The notes under the pieces: model-generated | What the model was told of the DNA's origin: nothing | Databases searched by the model: none | The model's input: the letters and a program-made list of their open reading frames with translations, nothing else | Program-made: the position numbers and the translations under genes | Assembly: GCA_963818475.1 (NCBI GenBank) | Contig: CAWFSF010000006.1 | Span: 1,760,001 to 1,824,000, forward strand | DNA from: Nitrospirota bacterium | GTDB taxonomy: Bacteria > Nitrospirota > UBA9217 | Reading direction: 5' to 3' | DNA: 64,000 nucleotides | Shown: positions 42,982-52,856 of the stretch, in pieces | How positions within the stretch are numbered: the stretch's first letter is position 1 | How the letters are laid out: each line of letters begins with the position of its first letter

Positions 42982-43017
42982 AATTTTTGATTATCTTTGG
43001 CCTCGCGAGTCGACTCT

Positions 43018-43866
43018 ATGTCAACAGGAACCCTCTACATAGTCGCCACACCCATCGGTAACCTTGAGGACATGACCCTCAGGGCTATCCGTGTGCTGAA
43101 GGAAGCGGACCTCATCGCTGCCGAGGACACGCGCCACACCCGGCACCTGCTCGACCGCTACCAGATCGACACGCAGCTCACCAGCTACCACGACCATAAC
43201 AAGGAAGAGAAAGCTCCGGTCCTTGTCGCCCGTCTTCTCGAAGGGAAAAGCGTGGCACTCGTGTCGGATGCGGGAACTCCCGGTATATCAGACCCTGGCT
43301 ACTTCCTTATCAACCTCGCCATTGATCAGAAGATACCCGTCGTCCCTATCCCCGGCGCAACTGCAGCCATTGCCGCCCTCTCGATCTCAGGCATGCCGAC
43401 CGACCGGTTCATTTTCGAAGGTTTTCTCCCTGCCAAGCACCTGGCCCGGCAGAAACGGCTTCAGGACCTGGTGAAAGAAGAACGCACCCTGATCTTCTAC
43501 GAAGCACCGCATAAGATCATTAAAGCAGTCGAGGACATGCTCGAAGTTCTCGGCGACCGCCATGCAGTCATCACCCGGGAACTGACGAAGATCCACGAGG
43601 AAGCCATCAGGGGAACCCTTTCCGAGATCCTCAAGCGCCTGAACGAGGGCTCGATCAAAGGCGAGTTCACCGTCATCGTGCACGGCGCGTCAGCAGAACC
43701 GCTGAAGCAGGATATCGATACCGGTGAATATCTTAAGAACCTGATGCTGCATCGGGGCCTGAGCAAGAAAGAAGCGATCGCTGCTACTGCGGAGGAGCTT
43801 GGGTTGCCGAAGAAGGAAGTGTATAAGGAAAGCTTGAAGATAGAGGATGATAGGAACCGCGAATGA
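43018..43866 (+). CDS. rsmI: 16S rRNA C1402 2'-O-methyltransferase
   Basis: LYIVATPIGNLED; AEDTR; VSDAGTPGISDPG; RELTKIHEE. Confidence 0.96.
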   Translation: MSTGTLYIVATPIGNLEDMTLRAIRVLKEADLIAAEDTRHTRHLLDRYQIDTQLTSYHDHNKEEKAPVLVARLLEGKSVALVSDAGTPGISDPGYFLINLAIDQKIPVVPIPGATAAIAALSISGMPTDRFIFEGFLPAKHLARQKRLQDLVKEERTLIFYEAPHKIIKAVEDMLEVLGDRHAVITRELTKIHEEAIRGTLSEILKRLNEGSIKGEFTVIVHGASAEPLKQDIDTGEYLKNLMLHRGLSKKEAIAATAEELGLPKKEVYKESLKIEDDRNRE

Positions 43867-44337
43867 ACGCTAACGAACACGAATTGATCTTGAAGGATGA
43901 AGTCTTTCAAATCGTGGGCGCGGCGATGGAAGTGTCTAATGAATTAGGGTGCGGTTTTCTTGAAGCGGTTTATCAGGAAGCCTTGGAGATCGAACTTGAT
44001 GAGCGAAAGATTCCTCATGTGCCCCAGAAGCGGATAGAGATCCCCTACAAAGGCAGGATATTGAAAAAAGAGTACAATGCGGACTTTTTGTGTTATGACC
44101 GGATCATGGTCGAGATCAAGGCCATCAAAGCGATCACGGGGATAGAAGAAGCTCAGATCCTGAATTACTTGAAGGCAACGAATCTTCCGCTTGGGCTGGT
44201 CGTCAATTTCGGTGCGCCTCAGCTTGAATGGAAACGCTATGCCAACACCAGGAGGAACCACTAATGAACACTAATGTACGCGAATTAAGAACAAAAACAA
44301 GGAAGTTATTAGCGTCCATTCGCGTTCATTCGCGGTT
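43855..44337. mobile_element. Putative GxxExxY element B: gene between 3x10-nt inverted arms
   Basis: Left arm aaccgcgaat gaacgctaac gaacacgaat (43855-84); second left arm 44256-85; right arm 44308-37 (25/30 to the first). Confidence 0.55.
43863..44264 (+). CDS. GxxExxY protein (PD-(D/E)XK-like)
   Basis: GCGFLEAVYQE; ADF..IMVEIKA; QILNYLK; GLVVNFG. Confidence 0.92.
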   Translation: MNANEHELILKDEVFQIVGAAMEVSNELGCGFLEAVYQEALEIELDERKIPHVPQKRIEIPYKGRILKKEYNADFLCYDRIMVEIKAIKAITGIEEAQILNYLKATNLPLGLVVNFGAPQLEWKRYANTRRNH

Positions 44338-44620
44338 GATCTCGGCTCTGTTGATCTGTGCATTGTTAACCACCGGCTGTGCAACACTCACTACCGCTAC
44401 GCACTTTACCCCAGAAAGCCCGATGATATATAGCGGAACCAGGCTTGACTTACATGCGAGCGCAAATCACGATGAGATACTCCGCGTTTACAGCGATAAG
44501 TATGGTGTAGAACCACCGGCCTATCCAAAATTAGATCTCCCCTTCAGCCTATTGTTGGATACGCTAATTCTTTTCCCTGTCGTATACCCTATTGCTCTGT
44601 ATCAAGCTGTTTTCGACTAA
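44264..44620 (+). CDS. YceK/YidQ-like lipoprotein
   Basis: TTGC lipobox; YSGTRLD; DLPFSLLLDTL. Confidence 0.7.
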   Translation: MNTNVRELRTKTRKLLASIRVHSRLISALLICALLTTGCATLTTATHFTPESPMIYSGTRLDLHASANHDEILRVYSDKYGVEPPAYPKLDLPFSLLLDTLILFPVVYPIALYQAVFD

Positions 44621-44641
44621 GAGTCGACTAACAACTTATAA

Positions 44642-44947
44642 TTATTTCTTTTCCGTCAGTGTGCCGTTTTCGGGATTATACTCGTAATTGTCACTCTTAA
44701 GGGTCAGTTTGCTGAAGGACGACAGTTCACTGAGGTCCGCGGGATATCTCCCGTTGGCGGCATTAAATTCCAGGATCGACTGCTGAACTTGCTGGACATT
44801 CACATCCTTATCGAGCTTTTTGGTGGTCTTATATGATTCTGTTAGCGTGTTCCCGTATTGCTGGACAGGGTTCTTTTCCTCTGAACACGATACCACGGCA
44901 CACAATAAAAGGAACAATCCAACACGCACAGTATTCATCAGTTTCAT
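44642..44947 (-). CDS. Hypothetical lipoprotein
   Basis: VVSC lipobox; GRYPADLSEL. Confidence 0.65.
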   Translation of the reverse strand: MKLMNTVRVGLFLLLCAVVSCSEEKNPVQQYGNTLTESYKTTKKLDKDVNVQQVQQSILEFNAANGRYPADLSELSSFSKLTLKSDNYEYNPENGTLTEKK

Positions 44948-45103
44948 CGTTTTTCCTGAGAGTTCTACAACAGTTTTTCAATTGACCCTGGTCGTCATAA
45001 TACTAGATTTCGTTTCACTGAGCAAGTCAGAATACCGTAGGCAAGTCGGGCAGAGTGAAAACCCCGACGAAATTATCCCAACCATCTAAACAAGAGGTTG
45101 AAT

Positions 45104-46231
45104 ATGTCCAAAGTCTACTTCTCTACCGCCCGCACGCTCCGCTGGGACTACAGCCACAGCGGGCCGGGCAAGCTCGAAACCCTGCTCCGGAAAATGAACT
45201 TCTCCGACCGGTTTACGGAAGACGAATGGGTCGCGATCAAGACCCATTGGGGCTCCCATGGCGCGTTCCGCATCGTGCCTCCGGTCATGATCCGCAAGGT
45301 CGTTGAAGCGGTCAAAGAAACCGGCGCCAAGCCCTTTGTCACGGACACGGTCAGGATCATGGGGCTCGACTACATCGAGGTGGCGAACCAGAACGGCCTG
45401 AACCATCTCTCCTGCGGCGCGCCGGTGGTGCTGGCTGACGGGCTCTACGGCAAGGACAGCATCCTGGTCAAGGCCGGCCCGATCCTGGGCGAGATCGCTG
45501 TTGCCTCGACCATCCACGACGTTCCGGCCATGGTCGTCTGCACGCACACGAAAGGCCACATCAACTCGGGCTATGCCGGGGCGCTCAAGAACCTGGCAAT
45601 GGGCTGCGTCAGCTCCCGCCACCGGGACCATGGCTGGAAAAAAGGCCGCGGCTCCATGCACTGCCACGGGGAATCGAACCTGCAGTGGAACCAGGAGCTC
45701 TGCACCTTCTGCGAACAGTGCAAAAGCATCTGCCCCCTGAACGCCATCGACTTTAAAGACGGGGCATTCACCGTGGACAAGAACACCTGCTGGCATTGCG
45801 GCAGGTGCAGCCGGGTCTGCCAGGAAGGCGCGCTCACGCTGCCGCAGGACGACGTTACCTTCCAGAAAAGCCTTGCCGAGGCTGCAGCTGCAGTTCTTTC
45901 GACCTTCAAAAAAGGCAAGGTCATTTACATCAACTTCCTGTACGAGATCCAGCCCGAGTGCGACTGCATGCCGACTGCCGACGTGCCGATGATCCAGGAC
46001 CAGGGCATCATGATCTCCGATGATATCGTGGCCATCGAACAGGCGTCCCTTGATATGCTCAAAACCGCCCCTCCCCTGCCCCAGTCGGCTGCGGAAGAAT
46101 CTGCAACTTGCTCCAGGAGATGATATACTGTTATAAATTGAACCCCAGGCCAATGCAGCATCCAAATCGACGAAGCGGAGAAGCTGGGGCTCGGTACAAG
46201 GAAGTACGAATTGGTGAGGATTGAACCTTAA
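45104..46231 (+). CDS. DUF362 / 4Fe-4S protein (frameshifted 3' end)
   Basis: AIKTHWG; two CxxCxxCxxxC; PECDC; tail EKLGLGTRKYEL in a shifted frame. Confidence 0.82.
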
Positions 46232-46240
46232 AGACAGTTG

Positions 46241-46334
46241 AACCGCGAATGAACGCTAATTTTCGCGAATAAATCAGAAACATAATTCATGTCTTAAAGT
46301 TTTCATTCGTGTTCATTAGCGTAAATTAGCGGTT
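46241..46334. repeat. Gene-less family B inverted repeat
   Basis: aaccgcgaatgaacgctaattttcgcgaat ... attcgtgttcattagcgtaaattagcggtt. Confidence 0.8.
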
Positions 46335-46351
46335 AAAAGGAAAGGTTTTAC

Positions 46352-47788
46352 ATGACCAAACGCACCAAGATCATCGCCACCATCGGCCCGGCATCCAGCT
46401 CCCCTGCGATCATCGCCAGGCTCATCCGAGCTGGCATGGACGCGGCTCGGCTGAACTTCTCGCACGGCGAGCGAGAAGACCATATCAAGCGCATCAACCT
46501 CATCCGCAGCGAGGCGGCTAAGGCGGGAAAGCATATCGCGATCATCCAGGATCTGCAGGGACCGAAACTGCGCGTCGGCGCCATAAAGAACGACGCGGCA
46601 GTGCTCAAGCGCAACGACACCATCGTGCTTACGACGAAGAAGATCGTCGGCACGAGCGAACAGGTATCCATAACCTATCCCCGGCTTACCAAGGACCTGA
46701 AGGTCGGCGACACCGTGCTGCTCGACGACGGCAGGCTGGAGTTCAGGGTCGTGAAGAAAAACGCGCAGACGCTCTCTTGCAAGATCATCCGCGGCGGCGT
46801 GCTCAAGAGCCACAAGGGCGTCAATCTGCCCGGGGCGAAGCTCTCGCTTCCCTCGCTGTCGACCAAGGACCGTGAGGACCTCCGGTTCGGCGTCAAACAG
46901 GGTGTTGACTACATCGCGCTCTCGTTCGTGCGCACGGCAAAGGACATCCTCCAAACCCGACTTTTCATCCAGTCGCTGAAAGCGGATATTCCGATCATCG
47001 CGAAGATCGAAAAACCCGAGGCCATCTTGAACCTCGATGAGATCATTTGCGAAGCCGACGGTATCATGGTCGCCCGCGGCGACCTGGGCGTGGAGATGTC
47101 GCCCGAAAAGGTTCCGTTGCTCCAGAAAATGATCATCGAAGCCTGCCACTGGGCTGAAACACCGGTGATCACGGCGACCCAGATGCTCGAAAGCATGATC
47201 GAGAACCCCCAGCCCACGCGCGCCGAAACATCGGACGTGGCGAACGCGATTCTCGACGGCACGGACTGCGTCATGCTTTCCGGAGAGACCGCGGTTGGCA
47301 AGTATCCGGTCCAGAGCGTGGAGTTCATGGCGCGCATCGCGCTGCAAGTCGAGACATCGGTCAATCCCTGGCCTCCGGACGTTGACGTTGCCGGCATGGG
47401 AGAAAGCGTTGCCCATGCCGCCTGCCGCGCAGCCGAGGAACAGCAGGCGCAGGCCATCGTGCCCTTTACCCAGTCCGGATCAACCGCCCTTCTGGTCTCG
47501 AAACACCGTCCGCGGATGCCTATCATCGCGCCGACGCCCTTCGAGCAGGTGGCCAGAAAAATTTCGCTCTACTGGGGAGTTACACCGGTTATCCTGAAGG
47601 CAAAAAAAACTACCGACGACATGATCACGAGCGTGGAAGGGATCATGCTCAAAAAGAAGCTGGCAAAGCAGCACGATCTCATCGTGATCACGGCAGGCGT
47701 GCCCATCGGCGTTGCTGGAAGCACCAACATGATGAAGATCCACCGGGTGGGCGAGGCGACGAGCCTGGAGTCGAAAAAGAGGTCATAG
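46352..47788 (+). CDS. pyk: Pyruvate kinase
   Basis: RTKIIATIGP; RLNFSHG; IIAKIE; MVARGDLGVE; ATQMLESM. Confidence 0.97.
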   Translation: MTKRTKIIATIGPASSSPAIIARLIRAGMDAARLNFSHGEREDHIKRINLIRSEAAKAGKHIAIIQDLQGPKLRVGAIKNDAAVLKRNDTIVLTTKKIVGTSEQVSITYPRLTKDLKVGDTVLLDDGRLEFRVVKKNAQTLSCKIIRGGVLKSHKGVNLPGAKLSLPSLSTKDREDLRFGVKQGVDYIALSFVRTAKDILQTRLFIQSLKADIPIIAKIEKPEAILNLDEIICEADGIMVARGDLGVEMSPEKVPLLQKMIIEACHWAETPVITATQMLESMIENPQPTRAETSDVANAILDGTDCVMLSGETAVGKYPVQSVEFMARIALQVETSVNPWPPDVDVAGMGESVAHAACRAAEEQQAQAIVPFTQSGSTALLVSKHRPRMPIIAPTPFEQVARKISLYWGVTPVILKAKKTTDDMITSVEGIMLKKKLAKQHDLIVITAGVPIGVAGSTNMMKIHRVGEATSLESKKRS

Positions 47789-47830
47789 GCCGGTAATTGC
47801 ATGAATCTTATAGCGGCAAGAAAGGAGAAT

Positions 47831-47951
47831 CTTTGACACGGATACCAAGTAGGCGCTTCTAAGCGAGTGCGGATTTAATTATGAAGAAGCATGATACACC
47901 CTGCTTTATCCGCTTTTATCATAGCCTTTCTCTGATTTTTCCGTGTCAAAG
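47831..47951. repeat. Degenerate inverted repeat element
   Basis: ctttgacacgga / tccgtgtcaaag termini with inner gcggat / atccgc. Confidence 0.5.
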
Positions 47952-48033
47952 TTTTAACTCTTTGGCTGTATGATGAATGAATAGCGCAGTACTTAATGAA
48001 TGCGCATATCTTTTTTAAGAGAGGACGAAAACG

Positions 48034-48465
48034 ATGAAAGTACGCGACTTGATGGAAACCAAGGGGAAGGACACGGTCTCGATCGATGCGAGCAGCTCGG
48101 TGGACGATGCGATCCGGTCAATGCACGCACGGAAGATCAGCGCCCTCATGGTGATGGAGAATGGAAAGAGCGTCGGGATTTTCACAGAGCGGGATGTTGT
48201 GCGGACCTACATCGCATCTGCCGGAAAAAGCTTCAAGGAAATCTCCGTACGCGATTTCATGATCAAGGACCTCATTGTTGCTGTTCCTGATGAGGACATC
48301 CACGAGGTCTCGGCCACCATGGTCGAGAAGAACATCCGGCACCTGCCCGTGGTAGAGAACGGCCACGTCATCGGCATGCTGTCTATCCGCGATATCATCC
48401 AGACCCAGGTCACGAAGCTCACTACGGAGATCCATTATTTGAAGGATTATATCTCCGGGTTTTAA
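48034..48465 (+). CDS. CBS domain protein
   Basis: GIFTERD; RHLPVV..GMLSIRD. Confidence 0.9.
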   Translation: MKVRDLMETKGKDTVSIDASSSVDDAIRSMHARKISALMVMENGKSVGIFTERDVVRTYIASAGKSFKEISVRDFMIKDLIVAVPDEDIHEVSATMVEKNIRHLPVVENGHVIGMLSIRDIIQTQVTKLTTEIHYLKDYISGF

Positions 48466-48572
48466 CGATCGGGCATATCTTGACCTGTTGCAAAGTACCG
48501 AAATAAGAGCGGTGACAAGACCCCATCGCTCTTTTTTTGTTTTTTTTCGGCTCCGCGGAGTTATAATTTCAT

Positions 48573-50702
48573 ATGGACAAGATCTCCACGACCTGCCCTT
48601 GGTGCGGCTGCGGCTGCGGGCTGTACCTGCATGTTGAGAACAATATCATCACGGGTGTGTCTCCGAGCCGCAACCATCCGGTGAACCATGGGACGCTGTG
48701 CGTCAAGGGCTGGAACTGCCACGAGTTCGTCCAGCATCCCGACCGCCTGACCACACCGCTTGTTAAGGAAGGAGCGGCCTTCAGGCGCGCCACCTGGGAG
48801 GAAGCGCTCAACAAAACCGCGGCAAAACTCACCGAGATCAAGAACACTTACGGCCCCGATGCCATCGGCATCCTGGGGTCCGCCAAGTGCACGAATGAGG
48901 ACAACTTCTTGCTCATGAAATTCGCACGCGCGGTGATCGGCACGAACAATGTCGACCACTGCGCCCGGCTCTGTCACTCCTCCACCGTGGGCGGCCTGGC
49001 TGCTGCTTTCGGCTCCGGCGCCATGACGAACTCTATTGACGAGATCAGGGACGCCCGGGTCATCTTCGTTATCGGATCGAACACCACGGAACAGCACCCT
49101 ATGATCGGGATGCATATGCTTGAGGCAAAGGACCGCGGCGCCACCATCATTGTCGCCGATCCCCGTCGCACCCAGATCGCCCAATTCAGCCACCTCCACA
49201 TGAGGCACAAAAGCGGCACCGACGTGGCGCTGCTCAACGCCATGATGAACGTGATCATCACCGAAGGCCTGGTGGACGTTTCCTTCATCCGCCAGCGCAC
49301 CGAGAACTTCGATGATTTCGAGAAAGGCGTACTGGCCTATTCGCCGGAGGTCGCCGAGCGGATCACCTCGGTCCCTGCCGATGAAATCCGCAAGGCGGCG
49401 CGGATCTATGCATCCGAAAAACGGTCCATGCTTTTTTATTCCATGGGCATCACCCAGCACATCACGGGCGTGGACAACGTCCGCTCCTGCGCCAACCTGG
49501 TCATGCTCACCGCGCACATCGGCCAGCCCATGACAGGCCTGAACCCGCTCCGCGGCCAGAACAATGTGCAGGGCGCATGCGATGTGGGAGCGCTTCCCGA
49601 CGTTTTTTCCGGTTACCAGAAGGTGGCCGACCCTGTTGCGCGGAAAAAGTTCGAACGGGCATGGTCCCGGCCCCTGCCCGTAACACCGGGGCTCACGCTC
49701 ACCGAAATGGTGGACGCCATTCATGAAGGGAAAATCCGCGCCTTGTACATCATGGGCGAGAACCCGGTGATCTCTGACCCCGACAGCGCCCATGTGAGAG
49801 CGGCCCTGGCAAAACTTGATTTTCTCGCGGTCCAGGATATTTTCCCCACGGATACCGCGGAGTATGCCCACGTGATCCTGCCGGCCACAACCTTCGCGGA
49901 AAAGGACGGCACGTATACGAACACCGAACGCCGGGTCCAGAAGATCAGGAAGGCCGTGCAGCCCGTGGGCGAGTCAAGGCCGGATTACGAGATCATCTGC
50001 AGCATTGCCCGGCTCATGGGGTATCCCATGGACTACCGGGCGGCCCATGAGATCATGGAGGAGATTGCCATCCTCACACCGTCCTACGGCGGCATCCTCC
50101 ATCACCGTCTGGACGCCGGTTTCGGGCTCCAGTGGCCCTGCTTCGGCATGGACCACCCCGGCACACCCTACCTGCACCGGAAGAAGTTCACCCGCGGCAT
50201 GGGCGCATTCATCCCCGTGGAGTTCATTCCGCCTGCAGAGCCCACGGACAGCGAATATCCGTTCCTCTTGACCACCGGCAGAAGCTATTTCCACTACCAT
50301 ACGGGCACCATGTGCAGAAGGACCATAACGCTGGAACGCGAAGAGCCCGAATGCACCGTCGAAATCAATCCTGCTGACGCAAAACGGCTTGAAGTCCGCC
50401 GTGGCGACCCCGTGCGCGTCAAGACACGCCGCGGCAGCATTGAGGTTAAAGCACGGGTCACGAACGTCGTGCCCGAAGGGATCATTTTCATCCCCTTCCA
50501 CTTCCGCGAAGCTGCAGTGAACCTGCTTACGATAAACGCCGTGGATCCCGATGCCAAGATCCCCGAGTTTAAGGTCTGTGCAGCGTCGATCGAAGCGGTC
50601 CGGAAAAAACCGGGTACGCGGCCGGCGCCGAGGCTCAGCTATCACGAGGGAATGAAAAAGGGGCTTGACCTGTATATTCCGCCTGAAGAAATGGAACGCT
50701 GA
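48573..50702 (+). CDS. fdhF: Formate dehydrogenase alpha subunit (Mo/W-bisPGD, Cys ligand)
   Basis: CPWCGCGC..LCVKG; CARLCHSS; PLRGQNNVQGACD; no Tat signal. Confidence 0.92.
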   Translation: MDKISTTCPWCGCGCGLYLHVENNIITGVSPSRNHPVNHGTLCVKGWNCHEFVQHPDRLTTPLVKEGAAFRRATWEEALNKTAAKLTEIKNTYGPDAIGILGSAKCTNEDNFLLMKFARAVIGTNNVDHCARLCHSSTVGGLAAAFGSGAMTNSIDEIRDARVIFVIGSNTTEQHPMIGMHMLEAKDRGATIIVADPRRTQIAQFSHLHMRHKSGTDVALLNAMMNVIITEGLVDVSFIRQRTENFDDFEKGVLAYSPEVAERITSVPADEIRKAARIYASEKRSMLFYSMGITQHITGVDNVRSCANLVMLTAHIGQPMTGLNPLRGQNNVQGACDVGALPDVFSGYQKVADPVARKKFERAWSRPLPVTPGLTLTEMVDAIHEGKIRALYIMGENPVISDPDSAHVRAALAKLDFLAVQDIFPTDTAEYAHVILPATTFAEKDGTYTNTERRVQKIRKAVQPVGESRPDYEIICSIARLMGYPMDYRAAHEIMEEIAILTPSYGGILHHRLDAGFGLQWPCFGMDHPGTPYLHRKKFTRGMGAFIPVEFIPPAEPTDSEYPFLLTTGRSYFHYHTGTMCRRTITLEREEPECTVEINPADAKRLEVRRGDPVRVKTRRGSIEVKARVTNVVPEGIIFIPFHFREAAVNLLTINAVDPDAKIPEFKVCAASIEAVRKKPGTRPAPRLSYHEGMKKGLDLYIPPEEMER

Positions 50703-50715
50703 ACACGGATAGATC

Positions 50716-51753
50716 ATGACCGAAACCTATATATTGAACAAAAACCACCTCTCGTTCTGGCTCCGCAGGCTCAAGACCACACATGAGCTGATCGCGCCCG
50801 TGCGGGACGTTTCTGGCGACATCGTGCTGACCGAGCTGCCGCAGATGCACGAAACAGCGCTCGACGGGCCTGCACTCATGCCCTCTCCCAAGGAGTTCCT
50901 GCTTCCTCAGATGGAGCAGCTTTTCTGCTACTCCGAGGAAGGGATTGAAGAAGCATTGAACAAGCGGCCCCGTGTCCTCTTCGGCATCAGGTCCTGCGAC
51001 GTCTCGGCCATCAGGATCCTCGACACCTTTTATCTCGGCAAGACCAGGGACGCTTATTACGAAGCGCGCCGCTCCAGGACCGTCCTGATCTCTATTGCCT
51101 GCAACCATCCCGATCCGACCTGCTTCTGCATCGGCCTCGGTACCGGCCCATTCCTGAAAAGCGGCTTTGACCTCCAGCTCACCGACCTGGGAGACCGTTT
51201 TCTGGTCGAGACAGGATCGGAGACAGGCGCGTCGCTCGTTACCGCCTATCCGCACATCTTCACCGAGCCGAAGCCGACGGATAGCGACGACCTGTACGAG
51301 ACACGGCTTGCTTCCCAGAGCCAATTTGAGAAACGGGTCAATCTGGAGCAGGTGCGCAGGCGCATCCTGGCCGGGAGCGTGAGCGATGCGTTCTGGGAAT
51401 CGGTGGCACTCCGCTGCTTTGAATGCGGCGGCTGCGTGTATAACTGTCCGGTCTGCACCTGTTTCAATGTCATCGACCGCGCGTCGTCATCCGACGCGGG
51501 CAAGCGGGTCAGGCTCTGGGACACCTGCATGTTCAAAGGGTTTACGAGAACTGCTGGAGGAGTCATTCCTGCCGAGGCCAAGATAAACCGCACCAAGCGG
51601 TGGTTCCATCACAAGCTTATCCACTGGCCGGAGCAGTTCGGGGCTTTCGGATGCGTTGGCTGCGGCCGGTGCGCCATTTCCTGCCCCGGGACCATAGACA
51701 TGGCCACGGTGGCGCTCAGGATCAAAGGTGAGGGCAAGGCTGAAGAAAAATAG
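50716..51753 (+). CDS. AsrA / sulfhydrogenase-beta-like 4Fe-4S protein
   Basis: GIRSCD; CFC; CFECGGCVYNCPVCTCF; CVGCGRCAISCP. Confidence 0.85.
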   Translation: MTETYILNKNHLSFWLRRLKTTHELIAPVRDVSGDIVLTELPQMHETALDGPALMPSPKEFLLPQMEQLFCYSEEGIEEALNKRPRVLFGIRSCDVSAIRILDTFYLGKTRDAYYEARRSRTVLISIACNHPDPTCFCIGLGTGPFLKSGFDLQLTDLGDRFLVETGSETGASLVTAYPHIFTEPKPTDSDDLYETRLASQSQFEKRVNLEQVRRRILAGSVSDAFWESVALRCFECGGCVYNCPVCTCFNVIDRASSSDAGKRVRLWDTCMFKGFTRTAGGVIPAEAKINRTKRWFHHKLIHWPEQFGAFGCVGCGRCAISCPGTIDMATVALRIKGEGKAEEK

Positions 51754-51761
51754 CATGGAGG

Positions 51762-51893
51762 CAAAATTCCAAAATGCAAATAGCAAATCCAAAATAAATT
51801 ACAATATCAAAGTTTCAATTTTCCAACGTTTCGAATTTACTATTTCGCCGTTTGAAACTTATTTGTAATTTGGTACTTGAGATTTGGAGCTTG
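51762..51893. repeat. Heptamer-periodic inverted repeat
   Basis: caaaattccaaaatgcaaatagcaaatccaaa ... tttgtaatttggtacttgagatttggagcttg. Confidence 0.55.
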
Positions 51894-51903
51894 GTGTTTC
51901 ATT

Positions 51904-52740
51904 ATGACCACAACTAACATCTACCTGCCGTTCAAGACATCGATCACGAACGTCAAAGAGGTGGCAAAGGACGTGAAGCTGTTCTCTATAAGCGTCCCCG
52001 CTGACTTCACCTATCAGCCCGGCCAATTCGTCATGGTATCGGTCATCGGCGCCGGCGAGGTCCCGATCTCGATCACGTCCACACCCGGGAAGAACAAGGA
52101 CCTTGAGCTTTGCGTGCGCACGGTCGGACGCGTTTCCTCTGCGATAAACTCGCTTACCGCAAACGATATGATATGGATCCGCGGTCCCTACGGCAGGTCC
52201 TTCCCGATCAACAGTCACCAGGACTCCCTGTTTATCTGTGGAGGCATCGGCATTGTGCCGCTGCGGCCGCTGATAAACCAGATGTTGAATAGCCGTGAAG
52301 CAGGCGCACAAACAGGCGTAACGGTCATGTACGGCGCGCGGAACCCCTCGGAAGTATTGTTCATGGATGAGGCCGTTCAATGGCAGGAACGGGGCGCCAA
52401 CATCGTCATGACCGTAGATGTGTGCAATATCGAGGGGTGGAAGGGATGTACGGGGTTGGTTACCGATCACTTTGCCAAGGCGAACGTCGACTACAAGAAC
52501 AGTACTGCTTACATCTGCGGGCCCCATGTCATGATCCAGGCAGCCATGCGAGATCTGTCGCTCATGGGCATGCCCGATGATCACATCATCACAACGCTCG
52601 AAGCGCATATGAAGTGTGGTGTGGGAAAGTGCGGGCACTGCTTCTGCGGGGGAAAGCTCATCTGTGAAGAAGGCCCTGTTTTTTCACTGGAAGAGATAAA
52701 AAAATACAATATCAAACCGGGCATCGACAACCTGGGCTGA
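51904..52740 (+). CDS. AsrB / sulfhydrogenase-gamma-like FAD/NAD(P), 2Fe-2S protein
   Basis: PGQF..GEVPISI; RGPYG; GGIGIVP; MKCGVGKCGHC..CEEGPVF. Confidence 0.88.
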   Translation: MTTTNIYLPFKTSITNVKEVAKDVKLFSISVPADFTYQPGQFVMVSVIGAGEVPISITSTPGKNKDLELCVRTVGRVSSAINSLTANDMIWIRGPYGRSFPINSHQDSLFICGGIGIVPLRPLINQMLNSREAGAQTGVTVMYGARNPSEVLFMDEAVQWQERGANIVMTVDVCNIEGWKGCTGLVTDHFAKANVDYKNSTAYICGPHVMIQAAMRDLSLMGMPDDHIITTLEAHMKCGVGKCGHCFCGGKLICEEGPVFSLEEIKKYNIKPGIDNLG

Positions 52741-52856
52741 CCGCAGCACCGGACACGCAGACCACCACACCAGCGCGGTCCTCGAGCTGAATCATTCTCA
52801 CAGAAGCATAGGAAGGAGTTATGGGGTTTTCAAGCAACATACAGCGCGGCTGCGAT

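Noticed and set aside
48955-48985. Selenocysteine in FdhF
   Set aside because: The active-site codon is TGT (CARLCH) and the frame is uninterrupted.
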